Part shown: one piece after another, positions 55,732 through 64,000 of the stretch
Position numbering within the stretch: the first letter of the stretch is position 1
Layout of the letters: each line of letters opens with the position of its first letter
Assembly: GCA_964250695.1 (NCBI GenBank)
Contig: CAXUGY010000013.1
Span: forward strand, 5,291-69,290
DNA: 64,000 nt
Origin: an uncultured Chthoniobacterales bacterium
GTDB taxonomy: Bacteria > Verrucomicrobiota > Verrucomicrobiia > Chthoniobacterales > SZAS-18
Reading direction: 5' to 3'
Notes under the pieces: generated by a model
Seen by the model: the letters and a program-made list of their open reading frames with translations, nothing else
Database searches by the model: none
Told to the model about the DNA's origin: nothing
Made by a program: the position numbers and the translations under genes

Positions 55732-57563
55732 GATTTGGATGGTGGGTGGTTGACGGAAGCTGCGGAGGCCGCCAACGCTTCGAGCAGCGGCACGGCGTGC
55801 TTGGCCAGGGTTTCGTCGAGCGTCCAGAAACTCTGGAGAGGGTCGCGCTCGAAATATTTGACCACGAAGATGATCAGCGTCTGGAAATGCGCCGCGAGGT
55901 GCGGACGCTCTTTTTCCAGTTGTTCGTGGATGATCCCGTTGAGGGTCATGCCGATTTGCAGCAGGTTGAGGAACACCTGGAAAAACGCGTTGATGCGTGG
56001 GCGGCCTTCCGGGTCAACAGCGATTTCCAGCTTGATGCCGAGGTGGGTTTCCTGCACTTCGCTGAAGATGGCCAGCAGGCGTTCGAGGACGATTTTGAGT
56101 TCTGTGTCGAGCGTTTCCACCGACGCCACGGCGGCGAAGTTGCGCCGGTATTTGAGCCGGAACAACAGCCGCGCCCGCTCGACGAACCCGGCTTTGAGTT
56201 CCTCGTCCTTGGCGTAGAGCGTGTTGACGCGTTTGAGCGACTTGACGAAGAACGACAGGTCCGCCCAGGCGAAGTCGATCTTTGCCGGGTGCTGGGAGAA
56301 GAGCGACGAGGAGGGCAAATCCAGCCCCGCCACCCGGCAGGCGGCCCGCGCGCGGTACTCGATCATGTCGGCGGCGAGTTCCGCGATGATCGGCGCGAGC
56401 AACGGTTGAAACCGCTCGTGCATCCAGGCTGCCGCGAACTGGCGGGCGAGCGTTTCGTCGAAGAGGAGAGTGCCGTCGCGCCGCAGGTAAACGAGGTCGA
56501 GGAACGTGCAGAGTTTTTCGCCCACGCGCGCGGTGTCGCTCGGCGCGAGCGGCAGTTGGAGCGACGCCATGCGGTCGTAGAGCGTGCCGAGGCCGGTCAG
56601 GTCCGCCTGCCAGTAATGGCCCCAGCTATCGTGGACGAGGTATTTCTCCAGGTTGTCGCGTTCTTCGACGAACACCGCCGTGTTGAGCAGCACGATCAAC
56701 CCGGCGCGGTCCAGGTCCATCGCCGACGCGAGCCGGTCGAGATGCGCCGGGTCCATTTCGCGCGCCTCGAACGAGGTGAACGCCGGGAAGTGCGAGAAGT
56801 TGTAGAAGTTGAACTTCCGCAGCCGCTCCAGGTAATCGAGCGTGATTTTGCGCGCCGCCTCGTCGCGGGCGAGGAAACCTGCGGTCTTCGCAAAGGCATC
56901 GTTGGAAAGGATGCAAAAATAAATGCAGCTTTCCGTGGCGAGCACTTCCACCTCGCCGGGTTGCAGCGGGTGGTCGGGAAACAACGCGCTGAAGAAGCGG
57001 TGCGCGGCGGCGGAGTCCGGCGGACGAGCCGGAGCGGGCCGCAGTTCCGTGCGCAGCAGCGAAACGAGCTGGCGGCGGCGGGCGAGTTTGGCGGCGGCGG
57101 TCCGGGCCTGCGCTTCGATGAGGTCGCGGTCGGCGGCATTTAATCCCGTGCGTTCGCAGAGCTGGGCGAACACGGCGGCGTGCGTCCCGGGGTCCTCGTG
57201 CGGTGGCCGGACCACCGAGAAACTCGGCGTGGGCAGGGTGGCGATGATCTCGCCCTCGGCACCGACGGTGTCCGGGTACAGGATGGTCAGCCGGTAAGCC
57301 TGCGCGAAGGCCAGGGCGGCGTTTCGATCCGCCGAGGTCCACGGGGTTTCGCTGGCGAGCGCCGGCGGTCGGGCGAGCGCCGTTTGCAGACGGCTTTCGA
57401 GCGCGTGCAGGGTCGTTTCCTGCTCGGGCGAAAGATGGCCCATCTTGGCGTAGGAATCGACGTTGAGCAACTCGACCAACGAGCGGGCGTCGGCGCAGGC
57501 GGTCGCCAGCGAAGGATCGAGCGGACGGGTGAACGGATCGCTGGCGGCATCGAAGAAGTTCAT
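55728..57563 (-). CDS. Hypothetical 611-aa protein
   Basis: Long ORF with coding-like codon usage, ATGA-coupled to the downstream gene; no family recognised; contains HDSWGH. Confidence 0.8.
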   Translation of the reverse strand: MNFFDAASDPFTRPLDPSLATACADARSLVELLNVDSYAKMGHLSPEQETTLHALESRLQTALARPPALASETPWTSADRNAALAFAQAYRLTILYPDTVGAEGEIIATLPTPSFSVVRPPHEDPGTHAAVFAQLCERTGLNAADRDLIEAQARTAAAKLARRRQLVSLLRTELRPAPARPPDSAAAHRFFSALFPDHPLQPGEVEVLATESCIYFCILSNDAFAKTAGFLARDEAARKITLDYLERLRKFNFYNFSHFPAFTSFEAREMDPAHLDRLASAMDLDRAGLIVLLNTAVFVEERDNLEKYLVHDSWGHYWQADLTGLGTLYDRMASLQLPLAPSDTARVGEKLCTFLDLVYLRRDGTLLFDETLARQFAAAWMHERFQPLLAPIIAELAADMIEYRARAACRVAGLDLPSSSLFSQHPAKIDFAWADLSFFVKSLKRVNTLYAKDEELKAGFVERARLLFRLKYRRNFAAVASVETLDTELKIVLERLLAIFSEVQETHLGIKLEIAVDPEGRPRINAFFQVFLNLLQIGMTLNGIIHEQLEKERPHLAAHFQTLIIFVVKYFERDPLQSFWTLDETLAKHAVPLLEALAASAASVNHPPSKS

Positions 57564-58038
57564 GGGGTAGCCCGAATGTAAAGCGTTCTCCGGCCCATGC
57601 CACGGCGGACCGTTGGCCGGACGAAAATGCGGCGGATGCCCCGGCAGCGTTGCCGGAGCGATGACATCGACCTCGCTCCCGCCGCTGAGGCGTTTGCCGG
57701 TCGTCTGGATGTCGTTTTTGATTCTTGGGTCGGCGGCTGTTCTCCCTGCTTACGGAGGCAGCCTTCTGCTCTCTGCCTGAAGAAACCTGCTCCGGCCGGT
57801 CTCTTGATGTGGATGCTGACGAGGTTAGCTGTCGGGCTGGGAGCATCGAGCCTCCCCGGCGTTTGCAAGCAGCGCCGCAAGCCCCGATCCCGCCGCCGCC
57901 ATCGGCTGGCGGGAATTTTTGGGTCCCCCGTTCGCCGGAGTTTTGTCCGACGATTGAGCGTAGCAAAGAACTAACGTCAAACTTCCATCGTTCTTCTAAA
58001 TTGCAAGTCAGGCGTCATCCGCCGTAGGCTGGCGGACC

Positions 58039-58944
58039 GTGTTCGATTCCGCCTTCCTCGCCAAGCTCGAACGGCTGCACCTGCTCTCGCGCCGTACTTT
58101 CGGGGGTCAGGCCCGCGCCGAACGCCGTTCGCACAAACTCGGCTCCAGCCTCGAATTCGCCGATTACCGCCCCTACGTCCCCGGCGACGATCTGCGCTCC
58201 ATCGACTGGAACATCTACGGGCGTTCGGAGAAATTGTTCCTCAAACTCTTCGAGGAAGAGGAAGACCTGCACATCGATCTGCTGGTGGATACCAGTGCCT
58301 CCATGCGCTGGACCGCCCGCGACGCCCGCACCGACGCGCCGCTCCGCCCTTCTAAACTGGACCTCGCGCGGCGGCTCGCCGGGACGCTGGCCTACATCGG
58401 GCTGGCCAATCTGGACCGCGTCAACCTCCATTACTTCTCGGAAGGGCTGGGCGACGATCTCGGCACGGGCCGGGGCAAGAGCCATTTCCACCGCGTGCTC
58501 GCCTTTCTGGAACGTGTCCCCGACGCCGCCGGGCAGACCGATTTAATGCGCACCCTGCGAGGCTTTGATCAACGCGCCCGTCGTCGCGGCCTCGTGCTTA
58601 TTCTGAGTGATTTTTTCGATCCGCTGGGTTACGAGAACGCGCTCAATTTCCTGCGGCATCAGCGGTTCGAGATCCAACTCATCCAAACGCTCGACCCTGC
58701 CGAACTCACCCCGCGTCTGCTGGGCGACCTGCGCCTGACCGACTCGGAAACCAGCGCGGTGTACGAGGTGACGGCCAACGACACGCTGGTCCGCGCCTAC
58801 GAGCGGGAAATCCGCACATTTCTCGCCGGGCTGGAGACGTTCTGCCAGCGGCGGCAGATCGGTTACCGTCGCGCCATCACCGATGCACCGTTCGAGGAGA
58901 TTATCCTCAAAATGCTGCGTGGCGGCGCGGGGCTGGTAAAGTAA
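58039..58944 (+). CDS. DUF58 domain protein (MoxR-associated)
   Basis: SLEFADYRPYVPGDDLRSIDWN, LVDTSASM, LILSDFFD. Confidence 0.9.
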   Translation: MFDSAFLAKLERLHLLSRRTFGGQARAERRSHKLGSSLEFADYRPYVPGDDLRSIDWNIYGRSEKLFLKLFEEEEDLHIDLLVDTSASMRWTARDARTDAPLRPSKLDLARRLAGTLAYIGLANLDRVNLHYFSEGLGDDLGTGRGKSHFHRVLAFLERVPDAAGQTDLMRTLRGFDQRARRRGLVLILSDFFDPLGYENALNFLRHQRFEIQLIQTLDPAELTPRLLGDLRLTDSETSAVYEVTANDTLVRAYEREIRTFLAGLETFCQRRQIGYRRAITDAPFEEIILKMLRGGAGLVK

Positions 58945-58945
58945 A

Positions 58946-59590
58946 TCAAGCCTGCGCCGAACGGCGGCGCACGAGCAAAGCCGCGCCGCCGGTCAATGCC
59001 AGACCGAGCAGAACGGACGCCGAGGGCTCGGGCACAGCGGGCAGCGCCGAGCCGTTCACCTGGAATTCCTGCGGACCGGCCGCCAGACTCCGATAAACCG
59101 TGGTGTTACCCGTCACGAAAAAGGAGGCGCTGGTCGCCGGGAGGCTCGCCCCGAAAGCAGAAGCGTAATCCGTGGAACTGGTGTAGCTCCATTCGACGGT
59201 GCTGCCGCCACCGCTGGTCAGCACAAAATAATACCCGCTGTTGGCCTGCAAGGTAAACGCCCCGCTGACCGTGGCCGTGGTGACAGTGGACGCGCTGTTG
59301 AAGCCCACGGAAAAGCCGGTGAAGAGCGAGGCGCCCAAGGTGCCGTCGGCATTGCGGCTGTACACCGCGACGCTCTCACCGGTACCCAGACCGCCGGTTT
59401 GCAGGAACATCACGCTGGTCAGCGAAATCGGTCGGTTGCCGGTCAACAACGCTTGGCCGATCCGAGTGGCATTCTCCCCGAACGCTGGATTGTCGGGATC
59501 GAGATTGCTGACGACAACCGCCGCGCCTGCTTGCTGCCCGGTCAGACCCAGCAAAGCCAAGCAAAGAAATCCTAATAAATGTTTTTTCAT
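58946..59590 (-). CDS. PEP-CTERM exported protein
   Basis: Signal peptide ..QQAGA-AVVVSNL; C-terminal VPEPSASVLLGLALTGGAALLVRRR. Confidence 0.9.
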   Translation of the reverse strand: MKKHLLGFLCLALLGLTGQQAGAAVVVSNLDPDNPAFGENATRIGQALLTGNRPISLTSVMFLQTGGLGTGESVAVYSRNADGTLGASLFTGFSVGFNSASTVTTATVSGAFTLQANSGYYFVLTSGGGSTVEWSYTSSTDYASAFGASLPATSASFFVTGNTTVYRSLAAGPQEFQVNGSALPAVPEPSASVLLGLALTGGAALLVRRRSAQA

Positions 59591-59856
59591 ATTTCTCAAA
59601 ACAACGCCGCTAGACGATCCCTGCGTGCGGACTATCCCAAAGCCGATGATTTTTTCAAACGGCGCTATCCTATCGATGAGCGAGCGGTTGACAACTAAAA
59701 ACTTGTCTACCCTACAAAAAGTTCTACGCCGCTGCTGCTAGGCCCCTCGGAAAACGCCTCTACTCACCGCTTGACGCCCTTTCCCGCCGCCTCATGTTCT
59801 CCCATGGTCGATTCCCCTGACTCGTGTCCGTCGGTGCGGCAGCCTATCCCTAACTC

Positions 59857-61794
59857 TTGACCCTGCTCAACCCGCTGGCGCTCGCCTTTGCCGCGCTGCT
59901 GCCGCTGATCGTCGTTCTCTACCTGCTCAAGCTGCGGCGGCAGCCCGCGCAGGTCTCGACGCTGATGTTCTGGCAGCGCGTCACGGCGGACAACCGGCGG
60001 CGGGCCTTGTTCCAGCGGTTGCGGCAGATTCTTTCGCTGCTGCTGCACCTTTTGATTTTCGCGCTGCTGGTGTTCGCGCTGGCCCGGCCCGAGCCCCGCG
60101 CGTTCCGGGGCGGCGAGGCGGGTTTATCGACGGTCGTGATCCTCGACGCCCGCGCCCGGATGCAGGCCCGCGCCGGGAACGAAACCCGTTTTGACGAGGC
60201 GCGCCGCGTCGCCGCGAGCTACCTGCGCCGCGCGACGGTCCGGCAGCCGGTGGCGCTCCTGGTCGCCGACGCCGCGCCGCACGTCCCTGCCGGTCTGAGC
60301 GACGACGAAAAATCCCTCCTCGCCGCGCTCGGCGCCGCCCGACCCACCGACGCGGGCGGACGCCTCGAAGACGCCGTGACCCTGGCGGGTGAGTTGCTCG
60401 CCGCTCGACCAGGCGCACACCGGATCGTCCTCGTGACGGACCACGCGCCCGCCCTCCCTCCCGGCGTGCCGCCCGCCGAACTCGAAACCCACCTCGTCGG
60501 CGAACCGGACACCCCGCGCGAGAACGTCGGCTTCACGCGGCTCTCCGCCCGCGCGCTGCCGGGCAGTCCCGAGACGGACGAGGTGTTCGTAGAAATCGAA
60601 AACTTCGGCCCCCACCGGCAAACGGGCCGCGTCGAACTCACCTTCGAGGGCCGCCTGCTCGACGTGAAACCCTACGACCTCGCGCCGGGTGAACGCCGGG
60701 CCGATGTTTACCCCGCGCTGGCCACCCGCACCGGCGTCGCCAACGCCCGCGGCTGGCTGACGGCCCACCTCGACCCCGCCGACAAAACCGCCGACGCCTT
60801 TGCCCTGGACGACGACGCCTATGCCACGGTTCCCCCGCCCCGCCCGGCGCGGGTGCTGCTGGTCACGCGCGGAAACTGGTTTCTGGAAAGCCTGTTCAAA
60901 GCCGACGAGCAAATCGCCTTCGATCAACTCACCCCGGACGTCTTTCAACCCGCGCAAGCCGCCGGATTTGATGCGGTGGTCCTCGACGATTTTCTGCCGC
61001 CTGCTCTCACCGACCTGTCCTCGCTGCCCGGCGGCAACTTCCTCTTTCTGCGCCGCGCGCCGTTGCCCACGGAAGGCGCGGAACTGCCGCATCCACCCGT
61101 CACCGATCTCGACGCCGCCAGCCCGTTGCTGCGGCTGGTCAACCTGCGGGACGTGACCGTGTTGCGTGCGCAGCCGTGGACGTTGCCGGAACCCTCGCAC
61201 GATCCCGGGGGTTGGAGGTTCACCGCCCCGGTGCGTTCGCTGGAACACCCGCTCGTGGTGACGGGTGAGCGTGGCGCGCAACGTTTCGTGGCGCTGGCCT
61301 TCGGCGCGGCGGATTCCGACCTGCCTTTGCGGGTGGCGTTTCCGTTGTTCATCCACGATGCCGTCGGCTGGCTGGCCGGACGGGACCACGCCGCCGCCAC
61401 GCCCGACGCCGTTCGCGCCGGAGACTCCATCGTGCTCGCGCCCGGCGAAACGCTCTGGACCCGGCCCCAGCGCACTTTTCAGCCAGTGGACAACATCCCT
61501 GCTGCTGAAAAGATCAGCGGCCCCGGGGTGTTCCAACCCAGGCGCAACGGTTTTTATCTACGGACGGACCGGGATGGTTCGACGCGCTGGGTCGCGGTGA
61601 ACACCGGCGAGCGCGCCATGTCCGCGTTGAACGCTTTCCCCGGCGGGACCGCTCCGGCGACGCCCGTCGCAACGTTGGAGCCGGGTTACTGGAAAACGGT
61701 CCCCCCCTGGCCTCCCTGGGTCTACCTCGCGCTGGCGGCCTTTGCCTTGTGCGCGCTGGAGTGGTGGAGCTTCCACCGCCGCCGTACCGAATGA
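59857..61794 (+). CDS. BatA N-terminal domain / vWA protein with C-terminal TM
   Basis: MTLLNPLALAFAALLPLIVVLYLLKLRR (BatA), VVILDARARM (degenerate MIDAS), C-terminal WVYLALAAFALCALEWW. Confidence 0.85.
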   Translation: MTLLNPLALAFAALLPLIVVLYLLKLRRQPAQVSTLMFWQRVTADNRRRALFQRLRQILSLLLHLLIFALLVFALARPEPRAFRGGEAGLSTVVILDARARMQARAGNETRFDEARRVAASYLRRATVRQPVALLVADAAPHVPAGLSDDEKSLLAALGAARPTDAGGRLEDAVTLAGELLAARPGAHRIVLVTDHAPALPPGVPPAELETHLVGEPDTPRENVGFTRLSARALPGSPETDEVFVEIENFGPHRQTGRVELTFEGRLLDVKPYDLAPGERRADVYPALATRTGVANARGWLTAHLDPADKTADAFALDDDAYATVPPPRPARVLLVTRGNWFLESLFKADEQIAFDQLTPDVFQPAQAAGFDAVVLDDFLPPALTDLSSLPGGNFLFLRRAPLPTEGAELPHPPVTDLDAASPLLRLVNLRDVTVLRAQPWTLPEPSHDPGGWRFTAPVRSLEHPLVVTGERGAQRFVALAFGAADSDLPLRVAFPLFIHDAVGWLAGRDHAAATPDAVRAGDSIVLAPGETLWTRPQRTFQPVDNIPAAEKISGPGVFQPRRNGFYLRTDRDGSTRWVAVNTGERAMSALNAFPGGTAPATPVATLEPGYWKTVPPWPPWVYLALAAFALCALEWWSFHRRRTE

Positions 61795-61800
61795 GGACTC

Positions 61801-61884
61801 GTCCGCGGATTCCGCAGATCGAGAAAAGGACAGCCGCCAACGGCCTCCTCTCTGCATCTGCGACAAGCTGCGCAATCGGCGGAC
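61801..61884. repeat. Degenerate CCGCAGAT/ATCTGCGG palindromic repeat, copy 2
   Basis: GTCCGCGGATTCCGCAGAT...AGGACAG...ATCTGCGA..AATCGGCGGAC resembles 45336-45450. Confidence 0.6.
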
Positions 61885-61952
61885 AACTTCTGCTCGCCGT
61901 GACTCGCCGAGGCCCTTGACCCCGCCGCGCCCCCGACGCAAGTTCAAGAGCG

Positions 61953-64000
61953 TTGCCCGTCGAACTCACTCATCCCTGGTTCCTGGCACTTGCCGTCGTC
62001 GTTGCGCCGTTGCTCGCCTTGGCGATGCGGCGTTCGCTGGCCGACCTGACCCCGGCCCAACGCCGCGCCTGCGTCCTCGTGCGCACGCTGCTCTTAGGGT
62101 GCATCCTCCTCGCGCTGGCGGGGATGCGTTGGCAGTGGCACGGGGACGATCTGGCGGTCGTTTTCCTCGTCGATGATTCCGCCAGCATTTCGCCCGAGGC
62201 CCGGATCGCCGCGCGCCGTTGGGTCGAGGACAGCGTCAAACATCGCCGCCCGCACGATGCCGTCGGCGTGCTCGGCTTCGCGCAAAACGCCGCCGTCTGG
62301 CAAGCTCCGGTGGAAAGCAATCAACTGGCCGCCCACTGGCCGGACACCCCGGACGCCGCCCGGACCGGCACCGACGTGGGTCGCGCCCTGGCGTTCGCCG
62401 CCGCCGTCCTGCCCCCGCAGACGGCCCGCCGGATCGTGCTGCTCAGCGACGGCAACGACACCGCCGACGCCGGGACCGCTACCGCCGCCCGCCTCGCCGC
62501 CCAAGGCGTCCGGGTGGATACCGTCGCCCTGCGCAACCCGGCGAAGCCCGAGGTGCTCGTCGCCGCCGTCGAGGTGCCCGGCGGTCTGAAATCGGGCGAA
62601 CCGTTCGAGTTGCGCGCTGAAATCGAAAGCAACGTCGCCACGACGACCAGGGTCAACCTGTACCAGAACCAATTCCTCGCCGGACAACAGGACCTCGCCC
62701 TCAAGCCCGGACGCAACGAGGCGCGCTTCTCCAACCGGCGGGCCGCCGACGGCTTCACCAGTTACGAGGTCGAAATCCTGCCCGCCGCCGACACCCGGCT
62801 GGAAAACAACCGCGCCGGGACCACCGTCGCCCTGGGCGGGCGTCCGCGCGTCCTGCTCGTGGCGGGCGACGAGGAGAAAGCCGCGCCGCTGGCCGGGGCC
62901 TTGCGCGACGCCAGGATCGACGTGGAAACGCGCGGTCCCGCCGGGCTGCCGCGCTCGCTGACCGACCTGCAACGCTTCGACCTGTTCGCGCTCGGCGACG
63001 TTTCCGCGCTGCAAATGACCCACGACCAGATGGAGCTTTACCGCACCTGGGTCCAGCAGTTCGGCGGCGGCTTCCTCATGATCGGCGGCGAAAACAGCTT
63101 CGGCGTCGGCGGGTATTTCCGCACCCCGATTGAAACGATGCTGCCCGTGCGCACCGACCACGACGACCGCCAGGAAACCCCCACCGTCGCCATGTACGTC
63201 GTACTCGACAGCTCCGGTTCGATGACCGCGTCCGTCGGCAACGCGACGAAGATCGGGCTGGCGGACCAGGGCGCGGTGCTCGCCCTGAACGTCCTCGGCG
63301 GCAAGGACCTCTTCGGGCTGACGGCGGTCGATACGGTGGTGCATGCCGTGGTCCCGCTCGGCCCGGCGGGAGCGAAGTCGGCCTCCGAGCAGAAAATCCT
63401 GGCCGTCACGGCGGGCGGCGGCGGCATCTACATTTACACCGGCCTGGCCGATGCGTTCCGCGTGATCCGCGCCGCCAACGCCAAGATCAAGCACGTCCTC
63501 GTTTTTTCCGATTCCGCCGACGCCGAGGAAAAGGTTGCGGGCGAGCAGCCCGACGGCGCGAAGGACGGCGGCTCGTCGCTCGATCTCGCCGGCGCGATGC
63601 TGGCCGAGAAGATCACGGTGAGCGTGGTGGGCCTGGGCGGCGAGCACGACAAGGACGTGCCTTTCCTGCGCGCGCTCGCCGAGCGGGGCAACGGGCGTTT
63701 CTACCAGACGGACGACGCGCGCAACCTGCCGCAGATTTTCAGCACGGAGACGATGAAAGTCGCGCAGTCCAGTCTGGTCGAAGAACCGTTCGTGCCCGTG
63801 CCTGCCGCGCCGTCGCCGCTGACGGCGGGCATCGACTGGAAAAACTGTCCGCCGCTCCTCGGGTACAATTCGACCAAGCCCAAGCCCACCGCTGACATCG
63901 CCCTGGCGACCGAGCTCGGCGAGCCGCTGCTGGCGACCTGGCGCTACGGACTCGGGCAAACCGCCGCGTTCACGAGCGACGCCACCGCGCGCTGGGCGGG
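61953..64000 (+). CDS. Double-vWA / class I glutamine amidotransferase-like membrane protein (3' partial; absent from ORF track)
   Basis: Translated by hand from TTG 61953: ELTHPWFLAL.., VFLVDDSASI, MIGGENSFGVGGY, VVLDSSGSM, GEPLLATWRYGLGQTAAFTSD; frame checked at three points. Confidence 0.85.
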   Translation, partial: MPVELTHPWFLALAVVVAPLLALAMRRSLADLTPAQRRACVLVRTLLLGCILLALAGMRWQWHGDDLAVVFLVDDSASISPEARIAARRWVEDSVKHRRPHDAVGVLGFAQNAAVWQAPVESNQLAAHWPDTPDAARTGTDVGRALAFAAAVLPPQTARRIVLLSDGNDTADAGTATAARLAAQGVRVDTVALRNPAKPEVLVAAVEVPGGLKSGEPFELRAEIESNVATTTRVNLYQNQFLAGQQDLALKPGRNEARFSNRRAADGFTSYEVEILPAADTRLENNRAGTTVALGGRPRVLLVAGDEEKAAPLAGALRDARIDVETRGPAGLPRSLTDLQRFDLFALGDVSALQMTHDQMELYRTWVQQFGGGFLMIGGENSFGVGGYFRTPIETMLPVRTDHDDRQETPTVAMYVVLDSSGSMTASVGNATKIGLADQGAVLALNVLGGKDLFGLTAVDTVVHAVVPLGPAGAKSASEQKILAVTAGGGGIYIYTGLADAFRVIRAANAKIKHVLVFSDSADAEEKVAGEQPDGAKDGGSSLDLAGAMLAEKITVSVVGLGGEHDKDVPFLRALAERGNGRFYQTDDARNLPQIFSTETMKVAQSSLVEEPFVPVPAAPSPLTAGIDWKNCPPLLGYNSTKPKPTADIALATELGEPLLATWRYGLGQTAAFTSDATARWA

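Noticed and set aside
1-64000. Numerous long antisense and off-frame ORFs (e.g. 742..2673, 19384..21351, 15929-region shadows, 62094..63959)
   Set aside because: Arg/Pro/Gly-rich shadows of recognisable genes, expected from stop-codon scarcity at high GC; no family motifs
1-64000. tRNA, rRNA, tmRNA, RNase P or SRP RNA genes
   Set aside because: No cloverleaf with T-loop GTTCGA, nor signature motifs of the other RNAs, recognised in the intergenic gaps; a tRNAscan/Infernal run would be needed to exclude them fully

Overview
High-GC bacterial chromosomal window, most likely Verrucomicrobiota (Spartobacteria/Chthoniobacterales-like). This is inferred from PEP-CTERM proteins, a prepilin/H-X9-DG protein, a stand-alone SWIB protein, a stand-alone GlmU-type acetyltransferase and the general lack of Shine-Dalgarno motifs. 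Most of it is housekeeping: rodA, thiG, ruvC, lipB, gltX, aroE, mutS, aas, ispH, mgtE, murU-amgK, ribE, trxB, parE, a dinG-like helicase, and envelope enzymes (two L,D-transpeptidases, a DUF1460 amidase). I recognised no rRNA, tRNA, CRISPR array, transposase or prophage module. The least explained parts are: (i) a coupled five-gene operon at 50.3-57.6 kb with two solute-binding-protein/OmpA fusions, a membrane-anchored vWA protein and two unknown proteins, but no ABC permease or ATPase; (ii) at least four families of small palindromic or dispersed repeats, one copy lying in frame inside a predicted signal peptide and another supplying the stop codons of two convergent genes; (iii) a solitary phage-type single-strand annealing protein gene followed by a ~170-nt candidate 6S-like RNA; (iv) an orphan beta-class DNA methyltransferase; (v) an ankyrin/L,D-transpeptidase fusion; (vi) a MoxR-type vWA cluster interrupted by an antisense PEP-CTERM gene. 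All family assignments come from motif recognition by eye; no database search was run. Many start codons were re-chosen downstream of the ORF-track starts and remain provisional.
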